This document shows, piece after piece, positions 29,137 through 41,210 of a stretch of DNA of 64,000 bases. The number at the start of each line of letters is the position of its first letter. Position 1 is the first letter of the stretch. The position numbers and the translations under genes were made by a program. This stretch comes from Escherichia coli (GTDB lineage Bacteria > Pseudomonadota > Gammaproteobacteria > Enterobacterales > Enterobacteriaceae), in the NCBI RefSeq assembly GCF_003334305.1, contig NZ_QOWS01000001.1, one strand, 5' to 3'. The notes under the pieces were generated by a model that had not been told where the DNA came from, searched no databases, and saw only the letters and a list, made by a program, of their open reading frames with translations.

Positions 29137-31619
29137 AACTCAGTCGTCGTAGCTTTATGAAAGCTAACGCCGTTGCGGCCGCTGCGGCGGCTGCCGGTCT
29201 CAGCGTGCCGGGCGTTGCCCGCGCCGTTGTTGGTCAGCAGGAAGCCATCAAATGGGATAAAGCGCCGTGCCGTTTCTGCGGTACTGGTTGCGGCGTTCTG
29301 GTCGGAACGCAGCAGGGGCGTGTGGTGGCCTGTCAGGGCGACCCGGACGCACCGGTTAACCGTAGCCTGAACTGCATTAAGGGCTATTTCCTGCCCAAGA
29401 TCATGTACGGTAAAGACCGTTTGACGCAGCCGCTGTTGCGTATGAAAAACGGTAAATATGACAAAGAAGGCGAATTTACCCCAATCACCTGGGATCAGGC
29501 CTTCGATGTGATGGAAGAGAAATTCAAAACCGCCCTGAAAGAAAAAGGACCGGAATCGATCGGTATGTTCGGTTCTGGTCAGTGGACTATCTGGGAAGGT
29601 TATGCCGCGTCCAAGCTGTTCAAAGCGGGCTTCCGTTCGAACAACATCGACCCGAACGCACGTCACTGTATGGCGTCGGCAGTAGTTGGCTTTATGCGTA
29701 CCTTTGGTATGGATGAGCCGATGGGCTGCTATGACGACATCGAGCAGGCTGACGCGTTTGTGCTGTGGGGCGCTAACATGGCGGAGATGCACCCGATCCT
29801 CTGGTCACGCATCACTAACCGTCGTCTCTCTAACCAGAACGTCACCGTGGCGGTGCTTTCTACCTACCAGCATCGTAGCTTCGAGCTGGCGGATAACGGC
29901 ATCATCTTTACGCCGCAATCTGACCTGGTGATCCTGAACTACATCGCCAACTATATCATTCAAAACAATGCGATAAATCAGGACTTCTTCAGCAAGCACG
30001 TTAACCTGCGCAAAGGGGCGACGGACATCGGCTACGGTTTACGTCCGACCCATCCGCTGGAAAAAGCAGCGAAGAATCCGGGTTCTGACGCCTCCGAACC
30101 GATGAGCTTTGAAGATTACAAAGCCTTCGTTGCTGAGTATACGCTGGAAAAAACCGCTGAAATGACCGGCGTGCCGAAAGACCAGTTAGAACAACTGGCG
30201 CAGCTGTATGCCGATCCGAACAAGAAAGTCATCTCCTACTGGACGATGGGCTTCAACCAGCATACCCGTGGTGTGTGGGCCAACAACCTGGTCTACAACC
30301 TGCACCTGCTGACCGGCAAAATTTCCCAGCCGGGTTGCGGTCCGTTCTCCCTGACCGGGCAGCCTTCTGCGTGTGGTACTGCGCGTGAAGTGGGCACCTT
30401 TGCTCACCGTCTGCCTGCGGACATGGTGGTGACTAACGAGAAACATCGTGATATCTGCGAGAAGAAGTGGAATATCCCGGGCGGCACCATTCCGGCAAAA
30501 ATCGGTCTGCACGCGGTGGCACAAGACCGTGCGCTGAAAGACGGCAAGCTGAATGTTTACTGGACCATGTGTACCAACAACATGCAGGCCGGGCCGAACA
30601 TCAATGAAGAGCGTATGCCAGGCTGGCGCGATCCGCGCAACTTCATCATCGTCTCCGATCCGTATCCGACAGTCAGTGCGCTGGCCGCCGACTTGATCCT
30701 GCCGACCGCAATGTGGGTAGAGAAAGAGGGCGCTTACGGTAACGCCGAACGCCGTACTCAGTTCTGGCGTCAGCAGGTACAGGCGCCAGGCGAAGCGAAA
30801 TCGGATCTCTGGCAGTTAGTCCAGTTCTCCCGCCGCTTCAAAACTGAAGAAGTATGGCCGGAAGAGCTGCTGGCGAAGAAACCGGAACTGCGTGGCAAAA
30901 CGCTGTACGAAGTTCTGTATGCCACCCCCGAAGTGAGCAAATTCCCGGTATCCGAACTGGCGGAAGATCAGCTGAACGATGAATCCCGCGAGCTGGGCTT
31001 CTATCTGCAAAAAGGGCTGTTCGAAGAGTACGCATGGTTTGGTCGCGGTCACGGTCACGATCTCGCGCCGTTCGATGACTACCACAAAGCGCGCGGTCTG
31101 CGCTGGCCGGTGGTGAACGGTAAAGAAACACAGTGGCGTTACAGCGAAGGTAACGACCCGTACGTGAAAGCGGGCGAAGGCTATAAGTTCTACGGTAAAC
31201 CGGATGGCAAAGCGGTGATCTTCGCACTGCCGTTCGAACCGGCGGCGGAAGCACCGGATGAAGAGTACGACCTGTGGCTCTCTACCGGACGCGTTCTGGA
31301 GCACTGGCACACCGGCAGTATGACTCGCCGTGTGCCGGAACTGCACCGCGCCTTCCCGGAAGCGGTCTTGTTTATTCACCCGCTGGATGCGAAAGCGCGC
31401 GATCTGCGCCGTGGCGACAAAGTGAAAGTGGTTTCTCGCCGTGGCGAAGTGATCTCGATTGTTGAAACGCGCGGTCGTAACCGTCCGCCACAGGGCCTGG
31501 TGTACATGCCGTTCTTCGACGCCGCACAGCTGGTTAACAAACTGACGCTGGATGCGACCGATCCGCTCTCGAAAGAGACGGACTTCAAGAAGTGCGCAGT
31601 CAAACTGGAGAAGGTGTAA
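29133..31619 (+). CDS. napA: Periplasmic nitrate reductase catalytic subunit NapA
   Basis: 828-aa ORF; twin-arginine signal SRRSFMK...ARA and N-terminal Cys cluster CRFCGTGCG. Confidence 0.97.
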   Translation: MKLSRRSFMKANAVAAAAAAAGLSVPGVARAVVGQQEAIKWDKAPCRFCGTGCGVLVGTQQGRVVACQGDPDAPVNRSLNCIKGYFLPKIMYGKDRLTQPLLRMKNGKYDKEGEFTPITWDQAFDVMEEKFKTALKEKGPESIGMFGSGQWTIWEGYAASKLFKAGFRSNNIDPNARHCMASAVVGFMRTFGMDEPMGCYDDIEQADAFVLWGANMAEMHPILWSRITNRRLSNQNVTVAVLSTYQHRSFELADNGIIFTPQSDLVILNYIANYIIQNNAINQDFFSKHVNLRKGATDIGYGLRPTHPLEKAAKNPGSDASEPMSFEDYKAFVAEYTLEKTAEMTGVPKDQLEQLAQLYADPNKKVISYWTMGFNQHTRGVWANNLVYNLHLLTGKISQPGCGPFSLTGQPSACGTAREVGTFAHRLPADMVVTNEKHRDICEKKWNIPGGTIPAKIGLHAVAQDRALKDGKLNVYWTMCTNNMQAGPNINEERMPGWRDPRNFIIVSDPYPTVSALAADLILPTAMWVEKEGAYGNAERRTQFWRQQVQAPGEAKSDLWQLVQFSRRFKTEEVWPEELLAKKPELRGKTLYEVLYATPEVSKFPVSELAEDQLNDESRELGFYLQKGLFEEYAWFGRGHGHDLAPFDDYHKARGLRWPVVNGKETQWRYSEGNDPYVKAGEGYKFYGKPDGKAVIFALPFEPAAEAPDEEYDLWLSTGRVLEHWHTGSMTRRVPELHRAFPEAVLFIHPLDAKARDLRRGDKVKVVSRRGEVISIVETRGRNRPPQGLVYMPFFDAAQLVNKLTLDATDPLSKETDFKKCAVKLEKV

Positions 31620-31625
31620 GCCATT

Positions 31626-32321
31626 ATGTCCCGGTCAGCGAAACCTCAAAATGGTCGCCGCCGCTTTCTGCGCGATGTCGTTCGCACAGCAGGCGGGCTG
31701 GCTGCCGTGGGTGTGGCGCTGGGGTTACAACAGCAAACCGCACGCGCATCTGGCGTGCGGTTGCGCCCGCCCGGAGCCATAAACGAGAACGCCTTTGCCA
31801 GTGCCTGTGTGCGTTGCGGTCAGTGTGTTCAGGCTTGCCCTTACGACACCTTAAAACTGGCGACGCTGGCCTCTGGTCTGTCGGCGGGCACGCCATATTT
31901 TGTCGCACGGGATATTCCTTGCGAAATGTGTGAGGACATTCCGTGCGCCAAAGTGTGCCCAAGCGGTGCGCTGGATCGTGAGATTGAATCGATCGACGAC
32001 GCGCGGATGGGGCTGGCGGTACTGGTGGACCAGGAAAACTGTCTCAACTTTCAGGGGCTGCGCTGCGATGTTTGTTATCGCGAATGCCCGAAAATTGATG
32101 AGGCCATCACCCTGGAGCTGGAGCGCAACACGCGTACCGGTAAGCACGCCCGCTTTCTGCCGACGGTTCACAGCGACGCCTGTACCGGTTGCGGTAAGTG
32201 CGAAAAAGTATGCGTGCTGGAACAACCGGCAATCAAGGTGTTACCGCTGTCACTGGCGAAAGGGGAGTTAGGTCACCATTACCGCTTCGGTTGGCTGGAG
32301 GGGAACAATGGCAAATCGTAA
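31626..32321 (+). CDS. napG: NapG ferredoxin-type protein
   Basis: 231-aa ORF; Tat-like RRRFLRD motif and multiple 4Fe-4S Cys clusters. Confidence 0.93.
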
Positions 32322-33171
32322 ACGTGACGCCGGGCGCGAGGCGCTGGAGAAAAAAGGCTGGTGGCGCAGTCACCGTTGGCTGGTGTTACGTCGCCTTTGT
32401 CAGTTCTTCGTGCTGGGGATGTTTTTGAGCGGTCCATGGTTTGGTGTGTGGATCTTGCACGGCAACTACAGCAGTAGCCTGTTATTCGACACCGTTCCGC
32501 TGACCGATCCGCTGATGACGCTGCAAAGTCTTGCCAGTGGTCATCTGCCTGCCACGGTGGCGTTGACCGGTGCGGTGATTATCACCGTGCTCTACGCCCT
32601 GGCGGGAAAGCGATTATTTTGCAGCTGGGTCTGCCCGCTGAACCCGATTACCGACTTAGCGAACTGGTTACGCAGGCGCTTTGACCTCAATCAGTCTGCG
32701 ACGATCCCTCGCCACATTCGCTACGTGCTGTTGGTGGTCATTCTGCTGGGATCGGCCTTAACTGGCACGCTCATCTGGGAATGGATCAACCCCGTATCTC
32801 TGATGGGGCGCAGCCTGGTAATGGGCTTCGGCAGCGGCGCGCTGCTTATTCTCGCGCTGTTTTTATTTGATCTACTGGTCGTTGAACACGGCTGGTGCGG
32901 GCACATTTGTCCGGTTGGCGCGCTGTATGGCGTGCTGGGTAGCAAAGGTGTGATTACCGTTGCGGCCACCGATCGGCAGAAATGTAACCGCTGTATGGAT
33001 TGTTTTCATGTTTGCCCGGAACCGCATGTGCTACGTGCCCCGGTGCTGGATGAACAAAGCCCGGTGCAGGTCACCAGCCGCGATTGCATGACGTGCGGTC
33101 GCTGCGTGGATGTCTGTTCTGAGGATGTATTTACAATAACTACACGATGGAGTTCGGGAGCGAAATCATGA
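32308..33171 (+). CDS. napH: NapH membrane-bound ferredoxin-type protein
   Basis: 287-aa ORF; transmembrane segments plus C-terminal CxxCxxCxxxCP motifs. Confidence 0.93.
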
Positions 33172-33617
33172 AAAGCCATGACCTGAAGAAAGCGCTGTGT
33201 CAATGGACGGCGATGCTGGCCCTGGTGGTAAGCGGCGCGGTTTGGGCGGCTAATGGCGTCGATTTTAGCCAGTCGCCGGAAGTATCCGGGACACAGGAAG
33301 GGGCCATTCGGATGCCAAAAGAGCAGGAACGGATGCCGCTGAACTATGTGAATCAGCCGCCAATGATCCCGCATAGCGTTGAAGGTTATCAGGTAACGAC
33401 CAATACCAACCGCTGCTTGCAGTGCCACGGTGTCGAAAGTTATCGCACCACTGGCGCGCCGCGTATCAGTCCTACTCACTTTATGGACAGCGACGGCAAA
33501 GTGGGCGCGGAAGTGGCTCCGCGTCGTTATTTCTGTCTGCAATGTCACGTACCGCAGGCCGATACCGCGCCAATCGTGGGGAATACCTTTACCCCATCAA
33601 AAGGTTACGGGAAATAA
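33168..33617 (+). CDS. napB: NapB diheme cytochrome c
   Basis: Start taken at [10 protein letters not shown] within ORF 33147-33617, giving 149 aa; two CxxCH motifs (CLQCH, CLQCH). Confidence 0.93.
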   Translation: MKSHDLKKALCQWTAMLALVVSGAVWAANGVDFSQSPEVSGTQEGAIRMPKEQERMPLNYVNQPPMIPHSVEGYQVTTNTNRCLQCHGVESYRTTGAPRISPTHFMDSDGKVGAEVAPRRYFCLQCHVPQADTAPIVGNTFTPSKGYGK

Positions 33618-33626
33618 GAGGTTATT

Positions 33627-34229
33627 ATGGGAAATTCTGACCGTAAGCCTGGTCTGATTAAGCGCCTGTGGAAATGGTGGCGTACCCCCAGCCGTCTGGC
33701 GCTGGGGACGCTGCTGTTGATCGGTTTTGTTGGCGGCATCGTCTTCTGGGGTGGCTTTAACACCGGGATGGAAAAAGCCAATACCGAAGAGTTCTGCATT
33801 AGCTGCCACGAAATGCGCAACACGGTGTATCAGGAATACATGGATTCCGTGCACTACAACAACCGTAGCGGCGTCCGTGCGACCTGTCCGGATTGTCACG
33901 TTCCGCACGAGTTTGTGCCGAAGATGATACGCAAGCTCAAAGCAAGTAAAGAGCTGTATGGTAAAATTTTTGGCGTTATTGACACGCCGCAGAAATTTGA
34001 AGCTCATCGTCTGACGATGGCACAGAATGAGTGGCGGCGCATGAAGGACAATAACTCGCAGGAGTGCCGTAACTGTCACAACTTCGAGTATATGGATACA
34101 ACCGCCCAGAAATCGGTTGCCGCGAAGATGCATGACCAGGCGGTGAAAGATGGGCAAACCTGTATTGATTGCCATAAAGGGATAGCGCACAAGCTGCCCG
34201 ATATGCGTGAAGTCGAGCCAGGTTTTTAA
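33627..34229 (+). CDS. napC: NapC tetraheme cytochrome c
   Basis: 200-aa ORF; N-terminal membrane anchor and four CxxCH motifs. Confidence 0.95.
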   Translation: MGNSDRKPGLIKRLWKWWRTPSRLALGTLLLIGFVGGIVFWGGFNTGMEKANTEEFCISCHEMRNTVYQEYMDSVHYNNRSGVRATCPDCHVPHEFVPKMIRKLKASKELYGKIFGVIDTPQKFEAHRLTMAQNEWRRMKDNNSQECRNCHNFEYMDTTAQKSVAAKMHDQAVKDGQTCIDCHKGIAHKLPDMREVEPGF

Positions 34230-34241
34230 CAGGGTTATTGC

Positions 34242-34865
34242 GTGGGTATGCTTGAAGCCAGAGAGTTACTTTGTGAGCGGGATGAACGAACCTTATTTAG
34301 TGGCTTGTCATTTACGCTGAACGCAGGAGAGTGGGTACAAATCACCGGTAGCAACGGCGCGGGGAAGACAACGCTTCTCCGTTTGCTGACTGGGTTGTCT
34401 CGCCCTGACGCTGGCGAGGTTCTCTGGCAAGGGCAGCCCTTGCATCAGGTACGCGACAGCTACCATCAAAACCTGTTATGGATAGGCCATCAGCCGGGGA
34501 TCAAAACCCGGCTGACGGCGTTAGAAAATCTGCACTTTTATCATCGCGATGGCGATGCCGCACAATGTCTGGAAGCCCTGGCGCAGGCCGGGCTTGCCGG
34601 ATTCGAAGATATTCCGGTAAATCAACTTTCTGCCGGGCAACAACGCCGCGTCGCTTTAGCGCGTCTGTGGCTGACCCGTGCCACGTTATGGATCCTCGAC
34701 GAGCCTTTTACCGCGATTGACGTTAACGGCGTCGATCGTCTGACCCAGCGTATGGCGCAGCATACGGAGCAGGGGGGGATTGTGATTCTGACTACCCACC
34801 AGCCGCTCAACGTTGCTGAAAGTAAAATTCGCCGCATTTCACTGACGCAAACGGGGGCCGCATGA
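34242..34865 (+). CDS. ccmA: CcmA, cytochrome c maturation ABC ATPase
   Basis: 207-aa ORF, GTG start; Walker [10 protein letters not shown]. Confidence 0.93.
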   Translation: MGMLEARELLCERDERTLFSGLSFTLNAGEWVQITGSNGAGKTTLLRLLTGLSRPDAGEVLWQGQPLHQVRDSYHQNLLWIGHQPGIKTRLTALENLHFYHRDGDAAQCLEALAQAGLAGFEDIPVNQLSAGQQRRVALARLWLTRATLWILDEPFTAIDVNGVDRLTQRMAQHTEQGGIVILTTHQPLNVAESKIRRISLTQTGAA

Positions 34866-35524
34866 TGTTCTGGCGCATTTTCCGTCTTGAGCTGCGCGTA
34901 GCGTTTCGCCATAGCGCCGAAATCGCCAACCCGCTGTGGTTCTTCCTGATTGTAATTACCCTTTTTCCGCTCAGTATCGGTCCGGAGCCGCAACTGCTGG
35001 CGCGTATTGCACCGGGCATTATCTGGGTTGCTGCGCTGCTTTCATCCTTGCTGGCGCTGGAACGACTGTTCCGTGACGATTTGCAGGACGGCAGTCTTGA
35101 ACAATTGATGTTGTTGCCGTTACCCTTGCCCGCCGTTGTGCTGGCGAAGGTGATGGCGCACTGGATGGTAACCGGTCTGCCGTTACTCATCCTTTCGCCA
35201 CTGGTAGCAATGCTACTGGGAATGGATGTTTATGGCTGGCAAGTGATGGCGCTGACGCTGCTGCTGGGAACGCCTACGCTTGGCTTTCTCGGTGCACCGG
35301 GTGTGGCGTTGACTGTGGGACTTAAGCGCGGTGGTGTGCTGCTCAGCATACTGGTGTTACCGCTGACTATCCCATTACTCATCTTTGCCACCGCCGCGAT
35401 GGACGCGGCTTCCATGCATTTGCCCGTTGACGGGTATCTGGCAATTTTAGGCGCGTTGCTGGCAGGCACCGCGACATTAAGTCCTTTTGCGACGGCGGCA
35501 GCGTTACGAATCAGCATTCAATAA
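34862..35524 (+). CDS. ccmB: CcmB, heme exporter permease
   Basis: 220-aa hydrophobic ORF; start overlaps ccmA stop. Confidence 0.93.
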
Positions 35525-35565
35525 CGCTGGATTACTGATTTTTGTTCGAGTCTGGTATCGAAACT

Positions 35566-36303
35566 ATGTGGAAAACACTGCATCAACTGGCGATCCCACC
35601 ACGGCTGTATCAAATCTGTGGCTGGTTTATACCGTGGCTGGCAATTGCCAGTGTGGTCGTGCTTACCGTCGGCTGGATCTGGGGATTCGGCTTTGCTCCG
35701 GCTGATTATCAGCAGGGAAATAGCTACCGCATTATCTACCTGCATGTGCCTGCGGCGATCTGGTCGATGGGCATTTATGCATCAATGGCGGTGGCGGCTT
35801 TTATTGGCCTTGTCTGGCAGATGAAAATGGCCAACCTGGCGGTGGCGGCGATGGCCCCCATTGGTGCCGTGTTTACCTTTATTGCCCTGGTTACCGGCTC
35901 TGCATGGGGAAAACCGATGTGGGGCACCTGGTGGGTATGGGATGCACGTCTGACTTCTGAACTGGTGCTGCTGTTTTTGTATGTGGGTGTGATTGCCCTG
36001 TGGCACGCCTTCGACGACCGCCGTCTGGCGGGCCGTGCGGCAGGTATCCTGGTGCTGATTGGCGTGGTGAATCTGCCGATTATTCATTACTCCGTGGAGT
36101 GGTGGAACACCCTGCATCAGGGATCAACGCGGATGCAGCAAAGTATCGATCCGGCGATGCGTTCGCCGCTGCGCTGGTCGATTTTTGGCTTCCTGCTGCT
36201 GTCTGCCACGCTGACGCTGATGCGGATGCGTAATTTGATTTTGCTGATGGAAAAACGCCGTCCGTGGGTGAGTGAACTGATACTGAAAAGAGGCCGTAAA
36301 TGA
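35566..36303 (+). CDS. ccmC: CcmC, heme exporter
   Basis: Start taken at MWKTLHQLAIPPRLYQ within ORF 35542-36303, giving 245 aa; WGxxWxWD tryptophan-rich motif present. Confidence 0.92.
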   Translation: MWKTLHQLAIPPRLYQICGWFIPWLAIASVVVLTVGWIWGFGFAPADYQQGNSYRIIYLHVPAAIWSMGIYASMAVAAFIGLVWQMKMANLAVAAMAPIGAVFTFIALVTGSAWGKPMWGTWWVWDARLTSELVLLFLYVGVIALWHAFDDRRLAGRAAGILVLIGVVNLPIIHYSVEWWNTLHQGSTRMQQSIDPAMRSPLRWSIFGFLLLSATLTLMRMRNLILLMEKRRPWVSELILKRGRK

Positions 36304-36509
36304 CCCCTGCATTTGCTTCCTGGAATGAATTTTTCGCAATGGGCGGTTACGCCTTTTTTGTCTGGCTGGCGGTGGTGATGACCGTTATTCCGCTGGTGGT
36401 TTTGGTCGTGCACTCGGTGATGCAGCATCGCGCAATTCTGCGTGGTGTGGCGCAACAGCGGGCGCGTGAGGCGCGTTTACGTGCTGCGCAACAGCAGGAG
36501 GCTGCATGA
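36300..36509 (+). CDS. ccmD: CcmD
   Basis: 69-aa ORF overlapping ccmC stop and ccmE start. Confidence 0.9.
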
Positions 36510-36985
36510 ATATTCGCCGTAAAAACCGCTTGTGGATTGCCTGTGCCGTGTTGGCAGGGCTGGCGCTGACTATCGGTCTGGTGCTATATGCGCTGCGCTC
36601 GAATATCGATCTCTTTTATACGCCGGGGGAAATTCTCTACGGCAAGCGTGAAACTCAGCAAATGCCGGAAGTCGGGCAGCGTCTGCGCGTTGGCGGGATG
36701 GTGATGCCGGGTAGTGTGCAGCGCGATCCCAATTCGCTGAAAGTGACCTTCACTATTTACGATGCTGAAGGCTCAGTGGATGTCTCTTACCAAGGCATTT
36801 TGCCGGATCTGTTCCGTGAAGGGCAGGGCGTTGTGGTGCAGGGCGAGCTGGAAAAAGGCAATCATATCCTCGCGAAAGAAGTGCTGGCGAAACACGACGA
36901 AAACTACACGCCGCCAGAAGTTGAGAAAGCGATGGAAGCTAACCACCGTCGCCCGGCGAGTGTTTATAAGGACCCAGCATCATGA
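36506..36985 (+). CDS. ccmE: CcmE heme chaperone
   Basis: 159-aa ORF with N-terminal membrane anchor. Confidence 0.93.
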
Positions 36986-38925
36986 TGCCGGAAATTGGAA
37001 ACGGGCTGCTGTGCCTGGCGTTAGGGATTGCGCTGCTGCTGTCCGTGTATCCGCTATGGGGCGTGGCGCGCGGAGATGCGCGCATGATGGCGTCTTCCCG
37101 CTTGTTTGCCTGGCTGCTGTTTATGTCTGTGGCTGGCGCATTTCTGGTGCTGGTCAATGCTTTCGTGGTCAACGACTTTACCGTCACCTATGTTGCCAGC
37201 AACTCCAATACCCAGCTTCCGGTGTGGTATCGCGTGGCGGCTACCTGGGGCGCGCATGAAGGCTCGCTCCTGCTGTGGGTGCTGCTGATGAGCGGCTGGA
37301 CCTTTGCGGTGGCGATTTTTAGTCAGCGTATTCCGCTGGATATTGTGGCCCGCGTACTGGCGATAATGGGGATGGTCAGCGTCGGCTTTTTGCTGTTCAT
37401 TCTCTTTACCTCTAACCCATTCTCACGCACGCTGCCGAACTTCCCGATTGAAGGGCGCGATCTTAACCCGCTGTTACAGGATCCGGGGCTGATCTTCCAT
37501 CCGCCTCTGCTTTATATGGGGTACGTGGGTTTCTCGGTGGCGTTTGCTTTTGCCATTGCTTCTTTGTTGTGCGGGCGTCTGGACAGCACTTATGCGCGTT
37601 TTACTCGTCCGTGGACGCTGGCGGCGTGGATCTTCTTGACGCTCGGCATTGTGCTCGGTTCCGCATGGGCCTATTACGAACTCGGCTGGGGCGGCTGGTG
37701 GTTCTGGGATCCGGTAGAAAACGCCTCGTTTATGCCGTGGCTGGTGGGGACTGCGCTGATGCACTCACTGGCGGTCACTGAACAACGCGCCAGCTTCAAA
37801 GCGTGGACATTACTGCTGGCAATCAGTGCCTTCTCGTTGTGTCTGCTGGGGACTTTCCTGGTGCGTTCCGGCGTGCTGGTATCGGTACACGCGTTTGCCT
37901 CTGATCCGGCACGCGGTATGTTTATCCTCGCCTTTATGGTACTGGTGATTGGTGGTTCGCTGCTGCTGTTTGCCGCGCGTGGACACAAAGTTCGCTCACG
38001 CGTAAACAATGCGCTGTGGTCGCGGGAATCTCTGCTGTTAGCGAACAACGTTTTGCTGGTCGCCGCGATGCTGGTGGTATTACTGGGGACGCTGCTGCCG
38101 CTGGTGCACAAGCAACTGGGACTGGGCAGTATTTCGATTGGCGAACCGTTCTTCAACACCATGTTTACCTGGCTGATGGTGCCGTTTGCGCTGCTGCTTG
38201 GTGTCGGTCCTCTGGTGCGCTGGGGGCGCGATCGCCCACGTAAAATCCGCAATTTATTGATTATCGCCTTCATCTCAACGCTGGTGCTGTCGCTGCTGCT
38301 GCCGTGGCTGTTCGAAAGCAAAGTTGTGGCGATGACGGTGCTCGGCCTGGCAATGGCCTGCTGGATTGCTGTGCTGGCAATTGCGGAAGCTGCGCTGCGT
38401 ATTTCACGTGGCACGAAAACCACCTTCAGTTATTGGGGAATGGTGGCGGCTCACCTGGGGCTGGCAGTGACAATTGTTGGCATTGCTTTTAGCCAGAACT
38501 ATAGCGTTGAGCGTGATGTGCGCATGAAGTCCGGCGATAGCGTCGATATTCATGAATATCGCTTCACCTTCCGTGATGTCAAAGAGGTGACTGGCCCGAA
38601 CTGGCGTGGCGGTGTGGCGACTATCGGCGTAACGCGCGATGGCAAGCCGGAAACGGTGCTGTATGCGGAAAAACGTTATTACAACACTGCCGGGTCGATG
38701 ATGACCGAAGCGGCAATTGACGGCGGCATCACGCGTGACCTGTACGCCGCGCTCGGTGAAGAGCTGGAAAACGGCGCGTGGGCCGTGCGTCTTTACTACA
38801 AACCATTTGTTCGCTGGATTTGGGCGGGCGGGCTGATGATGGCGTTGGGCGGACTACTGTGTCTGTTTGATCCTCGCTATCGTAAGCGCGTGAGTCCGCA
38901 AAAAACTGCGCCGGAGGCCGTATGA
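36982..38925 (+). CDS. ccmF: CcmF, cytochrome c heme lyase subunit
   Basis: 647-aa polytopic membrane ORF with tryptophan-rich WGGWWFWD motif. Confidence 0.95.
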
Positions 38926-39479
38926 AGCGCAAAGTATTGTTAATTCCGTTGATTATCTTCCTGGCGATTGCCGCGGCGCTGCTGTGGCAGCTGGCGCGTA
39001 ATGCCGAAGGGGATGATCCGACCAATCTGGAATCGGCGCTCATTGGCAAGCCTGTGCCGAAGTTTCGTCTCGAATCACTGGACAATCCGGGGCAGTTTTA
39101 TCAGGCGGATGTGCTGACTCAGGGCAAACCAGTGCTGCTTAACGTCTGGGCGACCTGGTGTCCGACCTGCCGTGCGGAACATCAATATCTGAATCAGCTT
39201 TCAGCGCAGGGCATTCGCGTGGTCGGCATGAACTATAAAGACGATCGCCAGAAGGCAATCAGCTGGCTGAAAGAGCTGGGCAATCCTTACGCGCTAAGCC
39301 TGTTTGATGGCGACGGCATGTTAGGGCTGGATCTCGGTGTCTATGGCGCGCCAGAAACCTTCCTTATTGACGGCAACGGTATCATTCGCTATCGCCATGC
39401 GGGCGATCTCAATCCTCGCGTCTGGGAAGAAGAGATCAAGCCGCTGTGGGAGAAATACAGTAAGGAGGCCGCACAATGA
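38922..39479 (+). CDS. ccmG: CcmG/DsbE thiol:disulfide oxidoreductase
   Basis: 185-aa ORF with thioredoxin motif WCPTC. Confidence 0.95.
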   Translation: MKRKVLLIPLIIFLAIAAALLWQLARNAEGDDPTNLESALIGKPVPKFRLESLDNPGQFYQADVLTQGKPVLLNVWATWCPTCRAEHQYLNQLSAQGIRVVGMNYKDDRQKAISWLKELGNPYALSLFDGDGMLGLDLGVYGAPETFLIDGNGIIRYRHAGDLNPRVWEEEIKPLWEKYSKEAAQ

Positions 39480-40528
39480 GGTTTTTATTGGGCGTGCTGA
39501 TGCTGATGATCTCCGGCTCAGCACTGGCGACCATCGACGTGTTGCAGTTTAAAGATGAAGCACAGGAACAACAGTTCCGTCAGCTCACTGAAGAACTGCG
39601 CTGCCCGAAATGCCAGAACAACAGCATTGCCGATTCCAACTCGATGATTGCCACCGACCTGCGTCAGAAAGTGTATGAACTGATGCAGGAAGGTAAAAGT
39701 AAAAAAGAGATTGTCGATTATATGGTGGCGCGTTACGGCAACTTCGTCACTTACGATCCGCCGTTAACGCCGCTGACCGTGCTGCTGTGGGTGCTTCCGG
39801 TAGTGGCTATTGGCATTGGCGGTTGGGTCATATACGCCCGCTCGCGGCGTCGGGTACGCGTAGTGCCGGAAGCGTTTCCTGAACAAAGCGTGCAGGAAGG
39901 TAAGCGTGCCGGATATATTGTTTATTTGCCGGGCATTGTGGTGGCGTTAATTGTGGCTGGCGTCAGCTACTACCAGACCGGAAATTATCAGCAGGTGAAA
40001 ATCTGGCAGCAGGCCACGGCACAGGCTCCGGCGTTGCTGGACAGGGCGCTGGATCCGAAAGCCGATCCGCTCAACGAAGAAGAGATGTCGCGTCTTGCGC
40101 TGGGGATGCGTACTCAACTGCAAAAAAATCCGGGAGATATAGAAGGCTGGATTATGTTGGGCCGCGTTGGCATGGCGCTGGGTAACGCTAGTATCGCCAC
40201 CGATGCATACGCTACTGCGTATCGCCTCGATCCGAAAAACAGCGATGCCGCACTGGGTTATGCTGAAGCGTTGACACGTTCATCTGATCCCAACGACAAC
40301 CGCCTCGGTGGTGAACTGCTGCGCCAGTTGGTGAGAAGCGACCACAGCAATATCCGTGTGTTAAGCATGTATGCGTTTAATGCCTTTGAGCAGCAGCGAT
40401 TTGGCGAAGCCGTTGCCGCGTGGGAGATGATGTTGAAACTCTTACCTGCCAACGATACTCGCCGTGCGGTGATTGAACGTAGTATCGCGCAGGCGATGCA
40501 ACATTTGTCGCCGCAGGAGAGTAAATAA
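39476..40528 (+). CDS. ccmH: CcmH
   Basis: 350-aa ORF with CPKC motif; last gene of the nap-ccm cluster. Confidence 0.93.
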   Translation: MRFLLGVLMLMISGSALATIDVLQFKDEAQEQQFRQLTEELRCPKCQNNSIADSNSMIATDLRQKVYELMQEGKSKKEIVDYMVARYGNFVTYDPPLTPLTVLLWVLPVVAIGIGGWVIYARSRRRVRVVPEAFPEQSVQEGKRAGYIVYLPGIVVALIVAGVSYYQTGNYQQVKIWQQATAQAPALLDRALDPKADPLNEEEMSRLALGMRTQLQKNPGDIEGWIMLGRVGMALGNASIATDAYATAYRLDPKNSDAALGYAEALTRSSDPNDNRLGGELLRQLVRSDHSNIRVLSMYAFNAFEQQRFGEAVAAWEMMLKLLPANDTRRAVIERSIAQAMQHLSPQESK

Positions 40529-40565
40529 AAAGAGGCCCGATGGTGATGCCATCGGGCTATTTTTA
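40524..40565. terminator. Bidirectional rho-independent terminator between convergent ccmH and narP
   Basis: A-tract, GCCCGATGG-TGATG-CCATCGGGC hairpin, then T-tract; T-tract overlaps the narP stop codon. Confidence 0.8.
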
Positions 40566-41210
40566 TTGTGCCCCGCGTTGTTGCAGGAACAGAATGGTGG
40601 CTGCCACGCGTGAGCGGACATTGAGTTTGCGCAGCAGATTGCGAATATGTACTTTTACTGTCTGCTCTGAAATATTCAACACCGAGGCAATCTGTTTATT
40701 TGACAGCCCCTGTGCCAGCTCGTGCAGAACATCCAGCTCGCGCTCCGTCAGCACGCTGAAGGGATCTTCTTCCGCGCCAAACATTTCACGTTCACGTAAG
40801 TACTGATTGACGCGTTCGCTAAAGACTTTGCTGCCTTTCGCTCCAGCACGAATTGCTTCCAGCAATACTTCCGGGTCGCTGTCTTTCAACAGATAACCGT
40901 CTGCGCCTGCGTCTATCAGTGCAAAGACATCGCTGGAGGCATCTGATACGGTCAGGATAATAATTTGCGCGGTAACGCCATCCCTGCGCAAGGCATTGAG
41001 GGTATCCAGGCCACTCATACCTTTCATATTGAGATCCAGCAAGATCACGTCGATATCCAGTCTATTCGCCAGATCGATCGCGCTCGCGCCGTCGCCCGCT
41101 TCGGCGACCACTTCAAAGCCAGGATCAAGCTCCAGTAACTGACGAACACCGCGTCGCATAAGTGGATGATCATCCACAATCATCACCTGAAAAGGCGTTG
41201 CTTCAGGCAT
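40563..41210 (-). CDS. narP: Nitrate/nitrite response regulator NarP
   Basis: Start taken at MPEATPFQVMIVDDHPLMRRG within ORF 40563-41240, giving 215 aa; receiver plus LuxR-type helix-turn-helix. Confidence 0.93.
   Translation of the reverse strand: MPEATPFQVMIVDDHPLMRRGVRQLLELDPGFEVVAEAGDGASAIDLANRLDIDVILLDLNMKGMSGLDTLNALRRDGVTAQIIILTVSDASSDVFALIDAGADGYLLKDSDPEVLLEAIRAGAKGSKVFSERVNQYLREREMFGAEEDPFSVLTERELDVLHELAQGLSNKQIASVLNISEQTVKVHIRNLLRKLNVRSRVAATILFLQQRGAQ

Noticed and set aside
29100-29792. 230-aa ORF antisense to the napD/napA junction
   Set aside because: Embedded in napA on the opposite strand; no coding evidence.
36762-37259. 165-aa ORF spanning the ccmE/ccmF junction in another frame
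   Set aside because: Out-of-frame overlap with two well-supported genes; Arg/Cys-rich composition typical of a GC-rich alternate frame.
37674-38423. 249-aa ORF antisense to ccmF
   Set aside because: Ser/Thr/Ala-rich mirror-frame ORF inside a GC-rich membrane-protein gene.
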